64,000 nt of DNA from a virus. Its lineage: Duplodnaviria > Caudoviricetes. The stretch is taken from the IMG/VR virus record IMGVR_UViG_2799113255_000001, positions 1-64,000 of that record. One strand, given 5' to 3'. The translations under genes and the position numbers were made by a program. Below, in pieces: positions 60,088-64,000 of the stretch; the stretch's first letter is position 1, and every line of letters starts with the position of its first letter. Under the pieces are notes generated by a model. It was not told the origin of the DNA, made no database searches, and saw only the letters and a program-made list of their open reading frames with translations.

Positions 60088-60116
60088 TTGCATAAGTATA
60101 TCGGTTCTGATATATT
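60088..60116 (+). promoter_or_regulatory. TA promoter TTGCAT-N17-TATATT with palindromic operator TATATC-N6-GATATA
   Basis: GTG start 6 nt after the -10 (leaderless). Confidence 0.8.
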
Positions 60117-60122
60117 AATGAG

Positions 60123-60455
60123 GTGACCGACGAAAAGCCTCTCCGCTGGATAGGTACCTCACTTGAGGACCTACGGGACTTCCCCGAAGCGGCACGGCAG
60201 GACGCCGGTTACCAACTGGATAGGGTTCAGCACGGCCTAGAGCCCCACGACTGGAAGCCAATGCCAACAGTCGGCAAGGGCTGCCGCGAGATACGCGTAC
60301 GCACCGAAGACGGCGCGTACCGTGTGTTCTACGTAGCCACCCTTGGGGATGTGGTGTTCGTACTGCACAGCTTCGTCAAGAAGTCACAGAAGACTTCCCA
60401 GCAAGACATCAACACCGGTAAGGCTCGATACAAGAAAGCGCAGGAGGAACTATGA
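60123..60455 (+). CDS. higB: RelE/HigB (Gp49-like) toxin
   Basis: WKPM..VG.G.REIR..YRVFY..VLHSFVKKSQKT. Confidence 0.9.
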   Translation: MTDEKPLRWIGTSLEDLRDFPEAARQDAGYQLDRVQHGLEPHDWKPMPTVGKGCREIRVRTEDGAYRVFYVATLGDVVFVLHSFVKKSQKTSQQDINTGKARYKKAQEEL

Positions 60456-60703
60456 GCGTATGGGACGACATCGCCGACACCCCGCGCGAAGCGGAGAACC
60501 TTCGCGTGCGGTCTGAGCTGATGATGGCAATCGAAAAGAAGATCAACGAGCGCGAATGGACCCAGGTCCAGGCCGCCGAAGCACTCGGACTGACCCAGCC
60601 TCGGGTGTCGGATCTGCTGCGCGGCAAGATCTCCAAGTTCTCCTTGGATGCTCTCGTGGACATCGCTTCCGGGTTGGATGTGCACGTGAAGGTGTGCGTC
60701 TGA
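60452..60703 (+). CDS. higA: XRE-HTH antitoxin
   Basis: WTQVQAAEALGLTQPRVSDL; downstream of and coupled to the toxin. Confidence 0.9.
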   Translation: MSVWDDIADTPREAENLRVRSELMMAIEKKINEREWTQVQAAEALGLTQPRVSDLLRGKISKFSLDALVDIASGLDVHVKVCV

Positions 60704-60788
60704 TTGCGACACGCCGACCAGGGGATATACCCCTTAACCGCTGTCAAGTAGTAAACTGCGCATAGGCGCGACTTACACCCATTCTTTT

Positions 60789-60823
60789 AAACCCCCATCG
60801 ACATTTGTTCGGTGGGGGTTTTT
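60789..60823. terminator. Intrinsic terminator
   Basis: AAACCCCCATCGA...TCGGTGGGGGTTTTT. Confidence 0.8.
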
Positions 60824-61865
60824 CTATGCCCAAACGGAGGTTCCCTTATGCCTCTGTCTCGTGTCCGCTGCTGCATCCCCTGTGGCCGTATCCGCTACGC
60901 CCCCTGCTCTACAGGGTGTCGAGTAGATCCCGAGAACGACCCAACAAGCTGGACAGAACAGGTGATTGTGAGCGCGCCGCAAGATTCGGGAGTATCCGAG
61001 TGAACACATTCTTTGCAGCGGCGATAGCGGTGACACTGGTGCTGATGCTGATCATCTGGTTAGGCCCACGAGTTCTGCTGTGGCTGCTGAACCGGTTCAT
61101 CGACCGCTACAACAAGGTGGTCAACGAGTACAACGAGCGCCAGGAAGCCCGCCACGCGGAAATCCGCACTGCGCTAGACCAACTGCAACAGGCTGCCCAA
61201 GCGAGGCGAGATGCTTGATCGATTCTTCGCAGCACTAGCCGGCGCCATGGCCCCTCTACTCGTGGCCATGTGTGAGCGCATCGCGAACAGGAAGATCCCT
61301 GACGACACCGTGCCGAAGTTCATGGACGGCCTACTGGACATCGCCCGCGACGGCGTTGACCGCGCAGTCGGTGTGGTGCAGACGTCCGCTGACGGTATCG
61401 CCGGTAGCGCGGAAGCTGAACTAGGCCAGCTCGGCACGGAGATCAGGGGAGTGGTCAAAGCGGCCAATCCCATCGACATTCTCGGCAGCCTGTTCGGGCG
61501 GCGAGGATGAGCATCCCGGAAGGCTTTTGGCTCGGCCTCGTCGCCGTTCCGGCCGTTGTCGCATTTGTGTCGGTGGCCGTCGGATTGGCCGCTGTCGCGA
61601 TGAGCCTGCATTCCAAGTATGCAGGTAGCGCCTACAAGCTGGTACCCCGCAAGTTCGATAGCCATGCGGGCATGGCGGGAATTGTGGCCTGCGCTAAGTG
61701 GGTCCGCTACATGTGGATTCCCGGATTCCATGTCGTCATATGCCGCACGTCAATCGCGGGGCGAGAGCCCGGTCGGTCGGTCCACGCCCGCGTGAAGTAC
61801 GCCATCGTCGATGCGCTTGAGCGCGACGACAGCTGACTTGCTCTAGAGGTCTCCCCGTTCTACTA

Positions 61866-61881
61866 TCGAACAGATGTTCGA
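61866..61881. promoter_or_regulatory. LexA (SOS) box TCGAAC-AGAT-GTTCGA
   Basis: Exact match to the actinobacterial TCGAAC-N4-GTTCGA; overlaps the -10 (TACTAT) and the ATG. Confidence 0.9.
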
Positions 61882-62218
61882 GCGATGGTCTAGCAACCCT
61901 CGCTTTCCCACGCTCAAAAAGCTGTACCGAACCGTCTACGTCGACATGCACCAAGCCCTACCCGGCAGCGTCGGCGGCTTCGTGCGCAACCGCAACCTGT
62001 CCGTCAGGGCGGAGGGTTTGCGCCTAGAGGCGTGGATGCGGGGCCACCAGATCGCCTGGATACGCACCCACGATCTGCACTGGATAGCAGTAGTGCAGGT
62101 TGAAGCCTCCTCGGAGAACGAAATGTCGTCGGTGACGATGACGTTGTGGCTGTCACCGAAAATGTTCCAGTTGGACAAGCCCGAGGGCTTCTACGAGCCG
62201 TACCGGAGACGGTTGTAG
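61874..62218 (+). CDS. Putative SOS-regulated hypothetical protein
   Basis: Leaderless start inside the SOS box. Confidence 0.8.
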   Translation: MFERWSSNPRFPTLKKLYRTVYVDMHQALPGSVGGFVRNRNLSVRAEGLRLEAWMRGHQIAWIRTHDLHWIAVVQVEASSENEMSSVTMTLWLSPKMFQLDKPEGFYEPYRRRL

Positions 62219-62256
62219 ACACCGTGACTTACGCTGTAGCTCGGTAAAATTGAGGG

Positions 62257-62559
62257 ATGAGCGAGCTTTTGGACCGTGCACACATGGCCTTGGATGGTCG
62301 TGGTCAGCTCGGTATGTACAACGATTACGACCAAGCGAGTCTATGGGCAGGATTGGTGCGCGAACTCGTCGCGGCAGTTGAACTACTGGACGGCACTCCT
62401 AAGGATGTCGAGTTGGAAGGCTGGGAGTTCTTGAAGGCTGCCAACCTCGATCCATGTCCTCGATGTGGTGAGCCGTTCAGCCCAGGGCAGTGGGTTGTCG
62501 CCGATGGACCGGTTGTGGCACACCATTATTGCCCAACACTCGGAGTGGGCCATGACTGA
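62257..62559 (+). CDS. Hypothetical protein with CxxC..HxxC
   Basis: Follows a GACAC-box promoter. Confidence 0.7.
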   Translation: MSELLDRAHMALDGRGQLGMYNDYDQASLWAGLVRELVAAVELLDGTPKDVELEGWEFLKAANLDPCPRCGEPFSPGQWVVADGPVVAHHYCPTLGVGHD

Positions 62560-63678
62560 ACCTTCTCAAGCCCATATAGACCGTGCCCGTGAACTCGGTC
62601 TCTCTTTCGATCCTGCTACGACATCGGATGAAGAGTTAAGTCGTGCTATCGCAACGTATGAACGGGTTTACATCGAGGCGATGACCGAGAATGCCGGTAG
62701 GGACACTGATACTCCTACTGAGCGCCGCAAGATGCTGGGCGTCTGGACTCAGCGCGATGAAGACGAGGCCAAGGAAGCGGCTGAACGGCGGCGAATGTTC
62801 GGCTCCCGACGAATCCCACCCGCCTAGACACCGCTGATCCCGTTGAAACGCGGGATAATTGAAGGTATGCGCCGAATATCCAGCAAGGGTGCTGAAGAAA
62901 TCAAGGCCCTGGCTGCGTCGGTGCGCCTCTATAACTCGCTACAGGCAGACGAGTATCTGAAGTGCGTTTGTATTGCCAAGTGTCATAGGAATTGGGAAAC
63001 GGGTCAGCCTCGGGACTGCAAGCACCCTCGGGCACAGGAGGAGCGGTCATGACCAACATGGGCGGCCTGGCCGATGCCGTTAAGCGTTGTGGACGCCTCG
63101 TCTACCACGGCACGGACGGCAAGGCTTGGATTCTCACTTACGGCGGGGAATGCCAACTCGGACTTACTCAAACCGGTTTTTATCATGCTTGATGGTCAAC
63201 CGTTGGGCGAGTACCCGGAGCTGAGTCCGCTGCAGTGGCCGCATGGCGCTGTGGGGATATGGCGCGAGAATCGGAGCGAGCTTTTTAGCGTCCTTGGCCC
63301 GTACTTCTATGGCGAGCGGTTCTACGACTGTGGCCCTTACCGCTAACCAGCTCCGCATTTTAGAAGCGTTGCAGCGGTTACGTATAGCCCGTACTGAGGG
63401 TGATTGGCATGAAGAGTTGGTTTGTACTCGCCGCATGGATTACCTGCTAGACCTTGAGCCCAAGTAGAGAAGGCCCACAGCCCATGAAACAGAGCATTGC
63501 CCGCGTCTTGCGCCGTCTGGCCGACCGATTCGATCCGCCCGCGCGGTGCGTCATCAATATCGAGAACATCAATGACAAGCCGGTCACTGATGCAATGCGC
63601 CGTGCAGTGGAGGCGCAGTACGCCGCAGCGGGTAAGGCTGGCGGCGAGAAGTTCTCACGCCGAATGATGTGATCCCCA

Positions 63679-64000
63679 GTGCCTAATCAGCTCCTCATTG
63701 ATCTTCTGGTGCGCCAGTTCTCCCGTGGTGTGCTACCGCATCCGGGCGACGAGAACACCCCATCGCATCTCATCCCACTTCCGGGATTTCGGGGTGCGGG
63801 TATGTCTGATGAGCAGGCGCAGGAGATGATCGGCTCTGCGGCTAAGGAATGGGCTGAGGCTATTGAGTCCATCATCAGCGGCGAGTTCGATTGCTTGACG
63901 AAAGCTGATGCAGCCCAACTCAGACAGGACGCTGCTGACGCACCTGACGGTACCCGCATCATCACCGTCTACCGCCAGTCCGATCACCAGCGCCAGTCAC
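63679..64000 (+). CDS. Hypothetical protein, truncated by the window end
   Basis: Open frame from GTG (MPNQLLIDLL...) to the end of the window. Confidence 0.6.
   Translation, partial: MPNQLLIDLLVRQFSRGVLPHPGDENTPSHLIPLPGFRGAGMSDEQAQEMIGSAAKEWAEAIESIISGEFDCLTKADAAQLRQDAADAPDGTRIITVYRQSDHQRQS

Larger units (their letters stand above)
55123..64000 (+). mobile_element. Partial second mycobacterial prophage (early/accessory arm)
   Basis: Dense small + strand ORFs, two WhiB genes, TA pair, different promoter motif, no stoperators seen; left boundary uncertain. Confidence 0.75.

Overview
The window is entirely mycobacteriophage-like DNA and appears to come from two phages. (1) About 1-55.2 kb is an apparently complete L5/Bxb1 (cluster A)-type temperate siphovirus in circularly permuted order. 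Early/replication genes lie on + (repressor, Cas4-like nuclease, helicase, N6-adenine methyltransferase, EndoVII, split primase, NrdH, intein-containing metallophosphoesterase, class II RNR, PolI, serine integrase). Virion and lysis genes lie on - (24.1-51.8 kb). It carries a tRNA-Ser, at least 12 copies of a 14-bp stoperator (CTTGACATACGRCC) and a seemingly intact 48-bp attP. (2) About 55.1-64 kb is the early/accessory arm of a second prophage (two WhiB genes, DUF4326-like gene, HigBA-type TA pair, a LexA-boxed gene) in which no stoperators were seen. The two are joined through a 96-bp exact direct repeat (1-96 = 55123-55218), so this is either a cointegrate or an assembly chimera. The most striking observation is a 61-aa early protein that copies the C-terminus of the phage's own tape-measure protein (27/42 identical), a possible decoy or mimic. 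Other highlights: a candidate antitoxin-fragment peptide, a ~370-nt structured ncRNA behind repressor-controlled promoters, two genes that seem to need AUC start codons, a duplicated collagen-stalk + cargo-tip gene module, and fixed-spacing GACAC-box leaderless promoters. All family assignments come from motif recognition by eye; no searches were run.
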